DNA from: Vulcanimicrobiota bacterium
Lineage (GTDB): Bacteria > Vulcanimicrobiota > Vulcanimicrobiia > Vulcanimicrobiales > Vulcanimicrobiaceae
Direction: 5' to 3'
Length of the DNA: 16,087 nucleotides
Assembly (NCBI GenBank): GCA_003133025.1
Contig: PKZK01000127.1
Span: 1-16,087, forward strand
Below are positions 8,389 to 15,841 of this stretch, one piece after another. Under the pieces are notes generated by a model. It saw nothing but the letters and a program-made list of their open reading frames with translations, made no database searches and had not been told where the DNA came from. The position numbers and the translations under genes are program-made. How positions within the stretch are numbered: the first letter of the stretch is position 1; every line of letters begins with the position of its first letter.

Positions 8389-9388
8389 TCAGAGGCCTTT
8401 GACGCGAGCCCGGGCGGTGACGAGTCGCCCGTTTTCGTCGGGTCCCGGGGGCGGTAAGGCCCCGGTGAGGGGTTCGAGCAGGCGCGCCGCGGCCCGGTAC
8501 GGGTCTTCCGGGGCACCCTCCGGCGCGTCGAGCAGAGCATCGATTCGACGCTCGATGCGCCGCCCGAGTTCGCCCATCACGAGCGAGCGGACGCGGTGCG
8601 TAAAGGCCGTGCGGCGCCGGACGGCCAGGCCTTCGCCGGCCCGCAGGTAGGCGGCGTGCTCGTTGATGGCGGCCCACAGGACGTCGACGCCCGCTCCCTC
8701 GTTGGCCCGGGTGGCGACCAGCAGNNGGCGCCCAGCCGCCGAACTCGAGCATCTCCATCATGCCCCGAATCTCGCGCTGCAACTGGAGGGCCATCGGGTG
8801 GTCGGCCTTGTTGACCACGAAGACGTCGGCCACTTCGAGGATCCCGGCCTTCAATAACTGGATGGAGTCGCCGCTGCCGGGCTGGAGGGCCACGAGCGTG
8901 GTATCGGCCAGTTCGGCGATCTCGATCTCCGACTGGCCTACGCCGACCGTCTCGATCAGGATCGTGTCCAGCCCGAAAGCGTCCATGAGCACCACGGCGT
9001 CGCCCGTCGCGCCGGCCAAGCCGCCGAGATGCCCGCGGCTGGCCATCGAGCGGATGAACACGCCGGGGTCGGTGAAGTGGTCGGTCAGGCGGATGCGATC
9101 GCCCAGGATCGCCCCGTGCGAAAACGGCGAGCTGGGGTCGACCGAAATGACGCCGACCGTCTTTCCGGCGCGCCGCGCCTGCGTGACCAGCGCGTTCGAG
9201 AGCGTCGACTTGCCCACGCCCGGCGGCCCGGTCAGCCCGATCGTCATGGCCCCGCCGCTGCGCGGGAAGAGTTTGCCGATCAGCGCGGCGCCGTGGCCCG
9301 ACTCGGCGCGCGTGATCGCGCGAGCCAAGCCGCGCGGATTCCCCGCCTCGAAGAGTTCGAGGATCTGGGCGTCGCGAGCGTCGGTCAT
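8389..9388 (-). CDS. meaB: MeaB/ArgK/MMAA family GTPase chaperone of B12-dependent acyl-CoA mutases; frame interrupted by NN gap at 8725-8726
   Basis: ATG 9388. Motifs LARAITRAE, P-loop GLTGPPGVGKST, SVDPSSPFSHGAILGDRIR, FIRSMASRGHLGGL, IETVGVGQSE, GDSIQLLKAGILEVADVFVVNKAD. After the gap it continues LLVATRANEGAGVDVLWAAINEH...DPYRAAARLL...KGL* to TGA at 8389. Confidence 0.93.
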
Positions 9389-9732
9389 CGCGACGGAGCG
9401 TTCGCTGCCGCTGCCGCCCGTTCTTGGACACGGCGCCGGTCGCGTAGCGCCGTGACGATGCCGGCCACGGCGCCGGCCGCCGCGGCCGTGGCGGCCAGCG
9501 CCATGAGGGCGTAGACCACGGTCCCGAGCGGCGCGCGGCTCGCCGAGAGCACGGTCAGAAACCACAGGATCGCCGCGATGAGGAGCGAGCCGGTCAGCGT
9601 GAAGCCAAGCCTGACGACCTCGGAGAGATTGGCAAGCACGCCGCGATTGGGCGCGCAGCCCAGGATGTAGTCCACATACCTGCGTCTGTACGCGAAGTAC
9701 TTGTCCAGGAAGTGTTCTCGAAACGCCGACAC
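9385..9732 (-). CDS. Small hypothetical membrane protein (~115 aa, two predicted TM helices), stop overlaps meaB start
   Basis: 3' part of ORF 9385..10428, likely from GTG 9732: MSAFREHFLDKYFAYRRRYVDYILGCAPNRGVLANLSEVVRLGFTLTGSLLIAAILWFLTVLSASRAPLGTVVYALMALAATAAAAGAVAGIVTALRDRRR... Fills the gap between meaB and tricorn. ATGA overlap with meaB. Start position uncertain. Confidence 0.7.
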   Translation of the reverse strand: MSAFREHFLDKYFAYRRRYVDYILGCAPNRGVLANLSEVVRLGFTLTGSLLIAAILWFLTVLSASRAPLGTVVYALMALAATAAAAGAVAGIVTALRDRRRVQERAAAAANAPSR

Positions 9733-9810
9733 GACGACGTCTTCGCCGCGCGCCGTGCGTTTGCCGCCGAGACAGGCGCCCCTTCGGCCAAGGCCAATAC
9801 ACCAAACCTC

Positions 9811-12800
9811 ATGCTTAGAGCCGGTTACTATCGTCATGCCACGATCGCGCGTGACACCATCGTTTTCGTCTGCGAAGACGACCTCTGGTCGGTTTCGCGC
9901 GGAGGCGGGATCGCGCGGCGGCTGACCGCCAGCAGCGGCGAGGTCTCGACGCCTCGCCTCTCGCCCGACGGCGCGACGATCGCCTTCACCGCGCGCGAGG
10001 AAGGCCACCCCGAAGTCTACACGATGCCCACCGAAGGCGGCGCGCCGCGCAGGTTGACGTTCCACGGCGGCGAGGTCTGCACGATCTCCGGCTGGACGCC
10101 CGACGGCAATTCGATCCTCTACACCTCCGACAGCGGCTCGGCATTCATCCGCGAAACGCACGCGTTCCGCGTGGGCAAGGACGGCAGCGCGCCGGTATCC
10201 CTCGACCTGGGCAACATGCGCTCGCTCTCGCAACATCCCGACGGACGTTTGGCGATCGGCCGCAACAACGACGACCCGGCGCGCTGGAAGCGCTATCGCG
10301 GCGGCACCGCGGGCGATCTCTGGGTCGACAAAGACGGCTCGGGCACGTTCGCGCGCTTGATCTCGCTCAAGGGAAATCTGGTCTGGCCGATGTGGGTCGG
10401 CGACCGCGTCTTCTTTCTCTCCGATCACGAAGGCGTCGGCAACATCTATTCCGTGCTACCCGACGGCAGCGACCTGCGCCGCCACACGCACGAGACCGAA
10501 TACTTCGTGCGCTTCCCGTCCACCGACGGCGCCTCGATCGTGTTCACCGCGGGCGCGCGCCTCTATCTGCTCGATCCCGCGAGCGGCGACGTGCGCGCGC
10601 TCGACGTGGATACACCCTCACCGGCGGCGCAGACGGCGCGACGCTACGTCGACGTCAGCGACGACCTGGAACACTTTGCGCCGAGCCCCGACGGCACCGC
10701 GGTGGTGCTCGTCTCGCGCGGCCGGCCCTTCGCGATGTCGCTGTGGGAAGAGGCCGTGGTCGAACACGGCGCGGGCAGCCGCGTGCGCTATCGTTCGCCC
10801 GAATGGCTCGCCGACGGCAAGCGCTTCGTCTGCGTGAGCGATGAGGGCGGCGCCGAACGCTTGGAGATTCGCGACGCGCGCGGCGACTCGTGGCCGCACG
10901 TCGCGACCGAAGAAGACATCGGACGCGTGACCGAACTCGCGGCCTCACCCACCGCCGACATCGTCGCCGTGGCCAACCACCGCAACGAGTTGCTGCTGAT
11001 CGATCTCGACTCGAAGAAGGTTCGCACGATCGACAAGAGTCCGGCCGGACGCATCTTCGACCTGGCCTTCTCGCCCGACGGCCGCTGGCTGGCCTACTGC
11101 GCCGCAATCCCCCCGGAACCCGCCGCCACGGCGAATCCGGATACGTCGGTGGTGCGCATCGCCAAGGTGAAGTCGGGTTCCGTGCACGACGTGACGCCGC
11201 TCTTGCGCGCCGATCGTTCGCCCGCGTGGGATCCCGAAGGCAAGTACCTCTACTTCATCTCCACGCGCGACTTCAACCCGGTCTACGACGCCCTGCAATT
11301 CGACCTGAGCTTCCCGCTCGCGTCGCGGCCTTTCGTGGTCACGCTGCGCGCCGACGTGCCCTCGCCCTTCGTGCCCAAACCCGCGCCGATCCACAAGGAC
11401 GCCAAGGATCGCGAGGACGAGGAAGAGCGCAAGCACGATAAGCCCGTGCGCGTCGAGATCGACTTCGACGGCATCGGCGGACGCATTTTGGGCTTCCCGG
11501 TCGACGAAGGCAACTTCGGCACGATCGTTGCGGCTCGCGGCCGCGCGCTCTTCTCACGTTTCCCGGTACGCGGCATCAAGCCCGAGGGCAACAACTGGGA
11601 AGACGATGAGGAGACCGGCACGCTGCTGGCCTACGATTTCGACCAGCAGCGCTGCGCCGTGATCCAGGACGAGGTCGAAGACATCCGGCTCGGCGCCGAT
11701 CACCGCACGCTGGTGTACACGCTGCACGATAAGATGCGCGTGATCGACGCGCTGGGCGAGCTGCCCGACGAAAACAACGGCGATTCGCGTCCGTCGCACG
11801 AGACGCCGGGGCGCCGCTCGGGCTATCTCGATTTGCATCGCGCGAGCGTGCTGGTCGAGCCGCTCGAAGAGTGGACGCAGATGTACCACGAGGCCTGGCG
11901 CATGCAAACCGAGCAGTTCTGGGATCCCGCGATGAGCGGCGTCGATTGGAACCTCGTGCGCGAACGCTACGCGAAGCTCTTGCCGCGCATCCGCACGCGC
12001 TCGGAACTCTCCGACCTGATGTGGGAGATGCTGGGCGAACTCGGCACCTCGCACGCCTACGAGATCGGCGGCGATCACCGCCGTCCGCCGCAGTACCGGC
12101 GCGGCTTCCTGGGCGCGGACTACGCCTGGAACGAAGACGCGCGCGGCTACACGATTGCGAAGATCTACCGCGGCGACTCGTGGAACCGGCAGATCGATTC
12201 ACCCCTGGCCGAACCGGGCCTCGACGTGCGCGAGGGCGACACGATCGTGGCCGTCGGCGGGCGCGCGCTCTCGCAAGAGCACACGCCGGATCAGCTGCTG
12301 GTCAACGCGGCCGACCGCGAAGTGCAACTGACGATCGTCAACCGCAAGAAGGAACGGCGGCGCGTGATCGTACGCGCGCTGCGCGACGAGCGCATGCTGC
12401 GCTATCGCGCCTGGGTCGAAGGCAATCGCAACTCGGTGCACGAGCGCACGGGCGGGCGGGTGGGCTACCTGCACATCCCCGACATGGGCCCGTGGGGCTT
12501 CTCGGAGTTCCATCGCGGTTATCTCTCCGAGTTCAACCGCGATGCGTTGATCGTCGACGTTCGCTACAACCGCGGCGGCCACGTCTCGCCGCTGTTGCTC
12601 GAGAAGTTGGCGCGCAAGCGCGTGGGGTACGACATCCCGCGCTGGGGTCCGCCGATGCCCTATCCGCCGGAATCAGTCGGCGGCCCGATGGTCGCGTTGA
12701 CCAACCAGTTCGCAGGCTCCGACGGCGACATCTTCAGCCACTGCTTCAAGCTGTACGGCCTCGGGCCGCTGGTGGGCAAACGCACGTGGGGCGGCGTCAT

Positions 12801-13083
12801 CGGCATCAATCCGTACCACCGTTTGGTCGACGGCACGATCACGACCCAGCCGGAGTTTTCGTTCTGGTTCGTCGACGTCGGCTGGGCCGTTGAAAACTAC
12901 GGCACCGATCCCGATTACGACATCGACATCGCGCCGCACGACGTGCGTAACGGCGACGATCCGCAGATGAACAAAGCGCTCGAACTGGTCGCGCAACTCA
13001 AAGCCGCGACGCCCAACGGCAAACCCGTCTTCGACGGCAGGCCCAACCTGGGCATACCTTCGGACCTCACGCCCGCGGGCTAG
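9811..13083 (+). CDS. tri: Tricorn protease homolog (S41 family, beta-propellers + PDZ + catalytic domain)
   Basis: Start ATG 9811 (MLRAGYYRHATI..IVFVCEDDLW). PD40-like repeats (SPDG), WKRYRGGTAG, GELGTSHAY (catalytic His), GYLHIPDMG, DVRYNRGG, AGSDGDIF (catalytic Ser), GKRTWGGVIG, VENYGTDPD, DPQM. No signal peptide. Confidence 0.95.
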   Translation: MLRAGYYRHATIARDTIVFVCEDDLWSVSRGGGIARRLTASSGEVSTPRLSPDGATIAFTAREEGHPEVYTMPTEGGAPRRLTFHGGEVCTISGWTPDGNSILYTSDSGSAFIRETHAFRVGKDGSAPVSLDLGNMRSLSQHPDGRLAIGRNNDDPARWKRYRGGTAGDLWVDKDGSGTFARLISLKGNLVWPMWVGDRVFFLSDHEGVGNIYSVLPDGSDLRRHTHETEYFVRFPSTDGASIVFTAGARLYLLDPASGDVRALDVDTPSPAAQTARRYVDVSDDLEHFAPSPDGTAVVLVSRGRPFAMSLWEEAVVEHGAGSRVRYRSPEWLADGKRFVCVSDEGGAERLEIRDARGDSWPHVATEEDIGRVTELAASPTADIVAVANHRNELLLIDLDSKKVRTIDKSPAGRIFDLAFSPDGRWLAYCAAIPPEPAATANPDTSVVRIAKVKSGSVHDVTPLLRADRSPAWDPEGKYLYFISTRDFNPVYDALQFDLSFPLASRPFVVTLRADVPSPFVPKPAPIHKDAKDREDEEERKHDKPVRVEIDFDGIGGRILGFPVDEGNFGTIVAARGRALFSRFPVRGIKPEGNNWEDDEETGTLLAYDFDQQRCAVIQDEVEDIRLGADHRTLVYTLHDKMRVIDALGELPDENNGDSRPSHETPGRRSGYLDLHRASVLVEPLEEWTQMYHEAWRMQTEQFWDPAMSGVDWNLVRERYAKLLPRIRTRSELSDLMWEMLGELGTSHAYEIGGDHRRPPQYRRGFLGADYAWNEDARGYTIAKIYRGDSWNRQIDSPLAEPGLDVREGDTIVAVGGRALSQEHTPDQLLVNAADREVQLTIVNRKKERRRVIVRALRDERMLRYRAWVEGNRNSVHERTGGRVGYLHIPDMGPWGFSEFHRGYLSEFNRDALIVDVRYNRGGHVSPLLLEKLARKRVGYDIPRWGPPMPYPPESVGGPMVALTNQFAGSDGDIFSHCFKLYGLGPLVGKRTWGGVIGINPYHRLVDGTITTQPEFSFWFVDVGWAVENYGTDPDYDIDIAPHDVRNGDDPQMNKALELVAQLKAATPNGKPVFDGRPNLGIPSDLTPAG

Positions 13084-13094
13084 CCGCAACCACC

Positions 13095-13595
13095 GTGCAC
13101 GACGGCGACGCTTTCGAAATCGCAGTCGCCGCCGTATCGGATGCGAGCGGGTACGTCGACGTGCTCGCGTCGGTCGGCGCGGAAGGTCGCTGGATCGCGA
13201 CCGAGCTGCCTTTCGACCGGGAGGCTCGCGTGCAGAAAGTCCTCCGCTCGATCGCGGACGAGGCCGTGCTGGTCCTCGTCGCGCGCGGCGGAGGTGAGAT
13301 CGTCGGCTGTCTCTCGCTGCACCCCGGGCAGTGGCCGGGCGTGGTCGAACTGGGCATGGCGGTCGAACGCGCCTGGCGTTCGCGCGGCGTGGGCGCCGCG
13401 CTCCTGAGCCGCGGGATCGAGTGGGCGCGCTCGCGGAACGCGCACAAGATCGCGCTGGACGTCTATCCCCACAACGACCGCGCGATCGCGCTCTACGAAC
13501 GGTACGGCTTCGTGCGCGAGGGTCATCTCCTCAAGCACCACAAGCGCCGGAACGGCGAGTTGTGGGACATGCTGGTCATGGGATTGGTGCTCTGA
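13095..13595 (+). CDS. GNAT family N-acetyltransferase
   Basis: ELGMAVERAWRSRGVGAALL (acetyl-CoA motif A), LDVYPHNDRAIALYERYGFVREG (motif B), DMLVMGL end. Starts 11 nt after the tricorn stop. Confidence 0.9.
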   Translation: MHDGDAFEIAVAAVSDASGYVDVLASVGAEGRWIATELPFDREARVQKVLRSIADEAVLVLVARGGGEIVGCLSLHPGQWPGVVELGMAVERAWRSRGVGAALLSRGIEWARSRNAHKIALDVYPHNDRAIALYERYGFVREGHLLKHHKRRNGELWDMLVMGLVL

Positions 13596-13597
13596 CG

Positions 13598-13993
13598 ATG
13601 GACGACCGCACCGCGATTCGCAAAGCGCTCGAGGGACTCAACGCGGCTTGGCAGACGGCGTCGCACGACGAGGTTGCGGCCAAGGTCGCGAGCTATTTTT
13701 CCGAAGGCGCAGTGGTGGTCGGGCCCGGACTCGCGCGCCTGGCTCGGGGCCGCGAGGAAATCTCGCGCAGCTATCAAGAGTTTCTGACCAACGCCGTCGT
13801 GCTTTCGGTCGATCTCGAAGCGCCGGATATCGACCTCTGCGGCGACGTGGCGGTCGCCACGCTGAAGTGGCGCATGCGTTACCGTTTCAACGAAGCCGAA
13901 TCGTCGGAGACAGGCTACGACATCTACGTCTTCGCGCGCGAAGCCGGCGGCTGGACCATCGTCTGGCGCAAGCTGGAGTCGTACCCGGCCTAG
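13598..13993 (+). CDS. NTF2-like (SnoaL/DUF4440-type) protein
   Basis: ATG 13598, 2 nt after the GNAT stop. IRKALEGLNAAW...YFSEGAVVV...GREEI...GDVAVAT...ETGYDIYVFAREAGGWTIVWR fits the NTF2-like pattern. Confidence 0.82.
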   Translation: MDDRTAIRKALEGLNAAWQTASHDEVAAKVASYFSEGAVVVGPGLARLARGREEISRSYQEFLTNAVVLSVDLEAPDIDLCGDVAVATLKWRMRYRFNEAESSETGYDIYVFAREAGGWTIVWRKLESYPA

Positions 13994-14000
13994 ATACGGT

Positions 14001-14903
14001 CTAGCGGCGCAGGACGACCACCGGAATCGGGCTGCGTTGCATTACGCCTTCGGCGACGCTGCCCACGAAGAGGCGCTGCAAGCCGCGCCGGCCGTGCGTG
14101 CCGATCGCGATCGCGTCGGCCTTCTGCGCTTGCGCCGCGTTCAGTATCTCGTCGACCGGATCGCCCTCGACCATCGAGCTGTCGGCCGCGACGCCCCGCG
14201 CTTTGGCGGCCGCGAGCGCCTTGTCGAGCGCGGGCTGGGCGGCGGCCCGGAATTCGTCGAGGATCGGACGCGGGTCGTAGCCGTACTCGCGCGACTTGTC
14301 GCCCAGGTCGGCCGTCGGAATCGCGTGGAGGAAGACGACGCTGCCGCCCTCGCGTGCGGCCAGCTCGATGCCGAAGTCGACGGCGGCCGTCGCGGGGTCC
14401 GAATCGTCGACCGCGATCAGGATGCGGCGGAAGGCCGGCGGGGGTTCGCCCTCGGCCTCGTGCACGACGAACACCGGCACGTCGGCCGCCCGCACGACGC
14501 CGTCGGCGGTGCTGCCGGTGAAGAAGCGCTCGAGCCCGCGCGCCCCGCGCGTGCCCATGACGATGGCATCGACCGCGTGCTCCTTGGCGTACGCCACGAT
14601 CGCGCTCGCCGGGGCTCCCTCGAGCAAGACCGACGAAGCGGCCAGTCCGGCCGCCTTGGCCCGCTCGGCGGCATCGGCCGCGACACTCAGGGCGGCCGAG
14701 TCCAGCGCGTCGAGCAGCGGGGTCGCGTCGGGGATGCCGTAGGGCACGGTCAGCTCGGCGATGGCCGCGGCGTGGTTGACCGCCTCGCCGAAGATCAGCT
14801 CCTCGCCGTGGCCGCCCGCCAGGGCGCAAGCGACCGCGATCGCGCGCCCGGAGGCGGGAGAGCCGTCGACGGGGACCAGGAGGCGTTGCAGAATGTCGCT
14901 CAC
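14001..14903 (-). CDS. Universal stress protein, two tandem USP domains
   Basis: Domain 1: LQRLLVPVDGSPAS...G.PASAIV...DAIVMGTRGARGLERFFTGSTADGVVR..DVPVFVV. Domain 2: FRRILIAVDDSD...GDPVDEIL...IGTHGRRGLQRLFVGSVAEGVMQRSPIPVVVL. Start is GTG 14903 or ATG 14912/14915. Confidence 0.93.
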   Translation of the reverse strand: MSDILQRLLVPVDGSPASGRAIAVACALAGGHGEELIFGEAVNHAAAIAELTVPYGIPDATPLLDALDSAALSVAADAAERAKAAGLAASSVLLEGAPASAIVAYAKEHAVDAIVMGTRGARGLERFFTGSTADGVVRAADVPVFVVHEAEGEPPPAFRRILIAVDDSDPATAAVDFGIELAAREGGSVVFLHAIPTADLGDKSREYGYDPRPILDEFRAAAQPALDKALAAAKARGVAADSSMVEGDPVDEILNAAQAQKADAIAIGTHGRRGLQRLFVGSVAEGVMQRSPIPVVVLRR

Positions 14904-14942
14904 CGGCCCCATCATACACCGAAAATCGTGCGCATGGGGCGC

Positions 14943-14971
14943 TTGACGCCATAGGGCGGTCCTGCTAAGAT
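14943..14971 (+). promoter_or_regulatory. Sigma70-type promoter of the infC-rpmI-rplT operon
   Basis: TTGACG (14943-14948), 17 nt spacer ending in TGC (extended -10), TAAGAT (14966-14971). Predicted start near 14977-14978. Confidence 0.85.
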
Positions 14972-14975
14972 TTGC

Positions 14976-15090
14976 AAGCCGAAGCAGGGTCGCGAGACCC
15001 TCACCGTCCGCCCTCGGGCAGCCGGTCGATCCGGAAGAGCCGTCGGTAGGCTCGCTCGGGTGGGATGTTTTGGCATCGCCACTTTTTTTT
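14976..15090 (+). ncRNA. Structured ribosomal-protein leader (L20-leader-like attenuator) upstream of infC
   Basis: Begins AAGCCGAAGCA...CTCACC, recalling the Firmicute L20 leader (GAAGCA..CTCACC). Hairpins AGGGTC-GCGA-GACCCT, GCCC-TC-GGGC, CCGG-TCGAT-CCGG and GAGCC-N7-GGCTC. Ends in a terminator. Positioned between the promoter and infC. Confidence 0.7.
15060..15090 (+). terminator. Intrinsic terminator (attenuator) in the infC leader
   Basis: GTGG-GATG-TTTTGG-CATC-G-CCAC followed by T8 (15083-15090), just before the infC SD. Confidence 0.8.
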
Positions 15091-15112
15091 GCCTCTTGAG
15101 GAGACGCGTCAC

Positions 15113-15841
15113 ATAGCAAGACCCCTTCGCATCAACGACCAGATCCGGATCCGTCAAGTTCGCGTGATCGACGACGAAGGCACGCAACTCGGCGTGATGC
15201 CGACGGAAAACGCACTCGCCTTGGCTCGGCAGAAGGGACTCGACCTGATCGAAGTCTCGCCGACCGCGGTTCCCCCGGTCTGTCGTATCAGCGATTACGG
15301 ACGCCTCAAGTACGAGCAGTCGAAGAAAGACAAAGACACTCGGAAGAAGCAGAAAAATTGGGAGCTGAAGGAAGTAAAACTGCGTCCGAAGATCGAGACG
15401 CACGATTACGAGACCAAAGCTCGCATGGCCGAGCGGCTGTTGATGGACGGCGGCAAAGTCAAGGTCACGATCATGTTTCGCGGACGCGAAATCACGTACA
15501 CGAGCTTCGGTAAGAAGCTGCTCGACCGGATGGCCGTCGACATGGCGCCCATCGCCACGGTCGAGCGCGACGCGAAGCTCGAAGGCAAAAACATGTTCAT
15601 GATCCTCGCGCCGCGCGCCGTACCGACGGGGCCGCCGAAGTTCACGAGCCAGTTACACCCGGAGAAGGCCGCCGCCGAAGCGCAAGCTCACGCCGCCGGC
15701 GAACTCGACCACGACGACGACGATCACGACGATCACGATCACGACGATCACGAAGAGACGGACGCCGTCGCGCAAACCCCCGCGGACACTGCTCCGCCGA
15801 TCCCAGAACCAGCGAATCAAGGAGTCGCCTCCAGTGCCTAA
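15113..15841 (+). CDS. infC: Translation initiation factor IF-3 with non-canonical ATA start and long C-terminal tail
   Basis: SD GAGGAG (15098-15103), then in-frame ATA at 15113. (I/M)ARPLRINDQIRIRQVRVID...GLDLIEVSPTAVPPVCRISDYG...KEVKLRPKIETHDY..K...GKVKVTIMFRGRE...EGKNMFMILAP. Confidence 0.95.
   Translation: MARPLRINDQIRIRQVRVIDDEGTQLGVMPTENALALARQKGLDLIEVSPTAVPPVCRISDYGRLKYEQSKKDKDTRKKQKNWELKEVKLRPKIETHDYETKARMAERLLMDGGKVKVTIMFRGREITYTSFGKKLLDRMAVDMAPIATVERDAKLEGKNMFMILAPRAVPTGPPKFTSQLHPEKAAAEAQAHAAGELDHDDDDHDDHDHDDHEETDAVAQTPADTAPPIPEPANQGVASSA
15707..15757 (+). repeat. Low-complexity GAC/GAT/CAC repeat encoding DHDDDDHDDHDHDDHEE
   Basis: gaccacgacgacgacgatcacgacgatcacgatcacgacgatcacgaagag, in frame within the infC tail. 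Confidence 0.85.

Noticed and set aside
8335..8404. CTGATGA...GAAA on the minus strand upstream of nadA (hammerhead core) or an NAD riboswitch; also two CGTCAA copies and a CCGCGG hairpin
   Set aside because: No stem II pairs between CTGATGA and GAAA, and CTGA includes the meaB stop. There is no resemblance to the nadA-motif aptamer as I recall it, and the hairpin lacks a U-tract. A cmscan would settle it.
8725..8726. Apparent frameshift or programmed recoding in meaB (split across ORFs 8321..9805 and 8389..8580)
   Set aside because: It coincides with an NN gap; the MeaB C-terminus continues normally in the other frame.
9733..10428. 5' extension of ORF 9385..10428 as a 347-aa protein
   Set aside because: It is mostly antisense to the tricorn gene; only the last ~115 codons look protein-like.
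13990..14004. Inverted repeat CTAGA-TACGG-TCTAG between convergent genes as a bidirectional terminator
   Set aside because: Only a 5-bp stem made largely of the two TAG stop codons; no U-tracts.
54..14954. Many long Arg/Ala/Pro-rich overlapping ORFs (e.g. 54..1007, 659..1126, 4481..6061, 5815..7461, 7221..8402, 11871..12893, 14037..14954)
   Set aside because: Antisense or off-frame shadows of real genes, expected in high-GC DNA; no family motifs.
15707..15757. Short repeats as CRISPR or phase-variation tract
   Set aside because: In-frame codon repeats with no spacers, and unit lengths are multiples of three.
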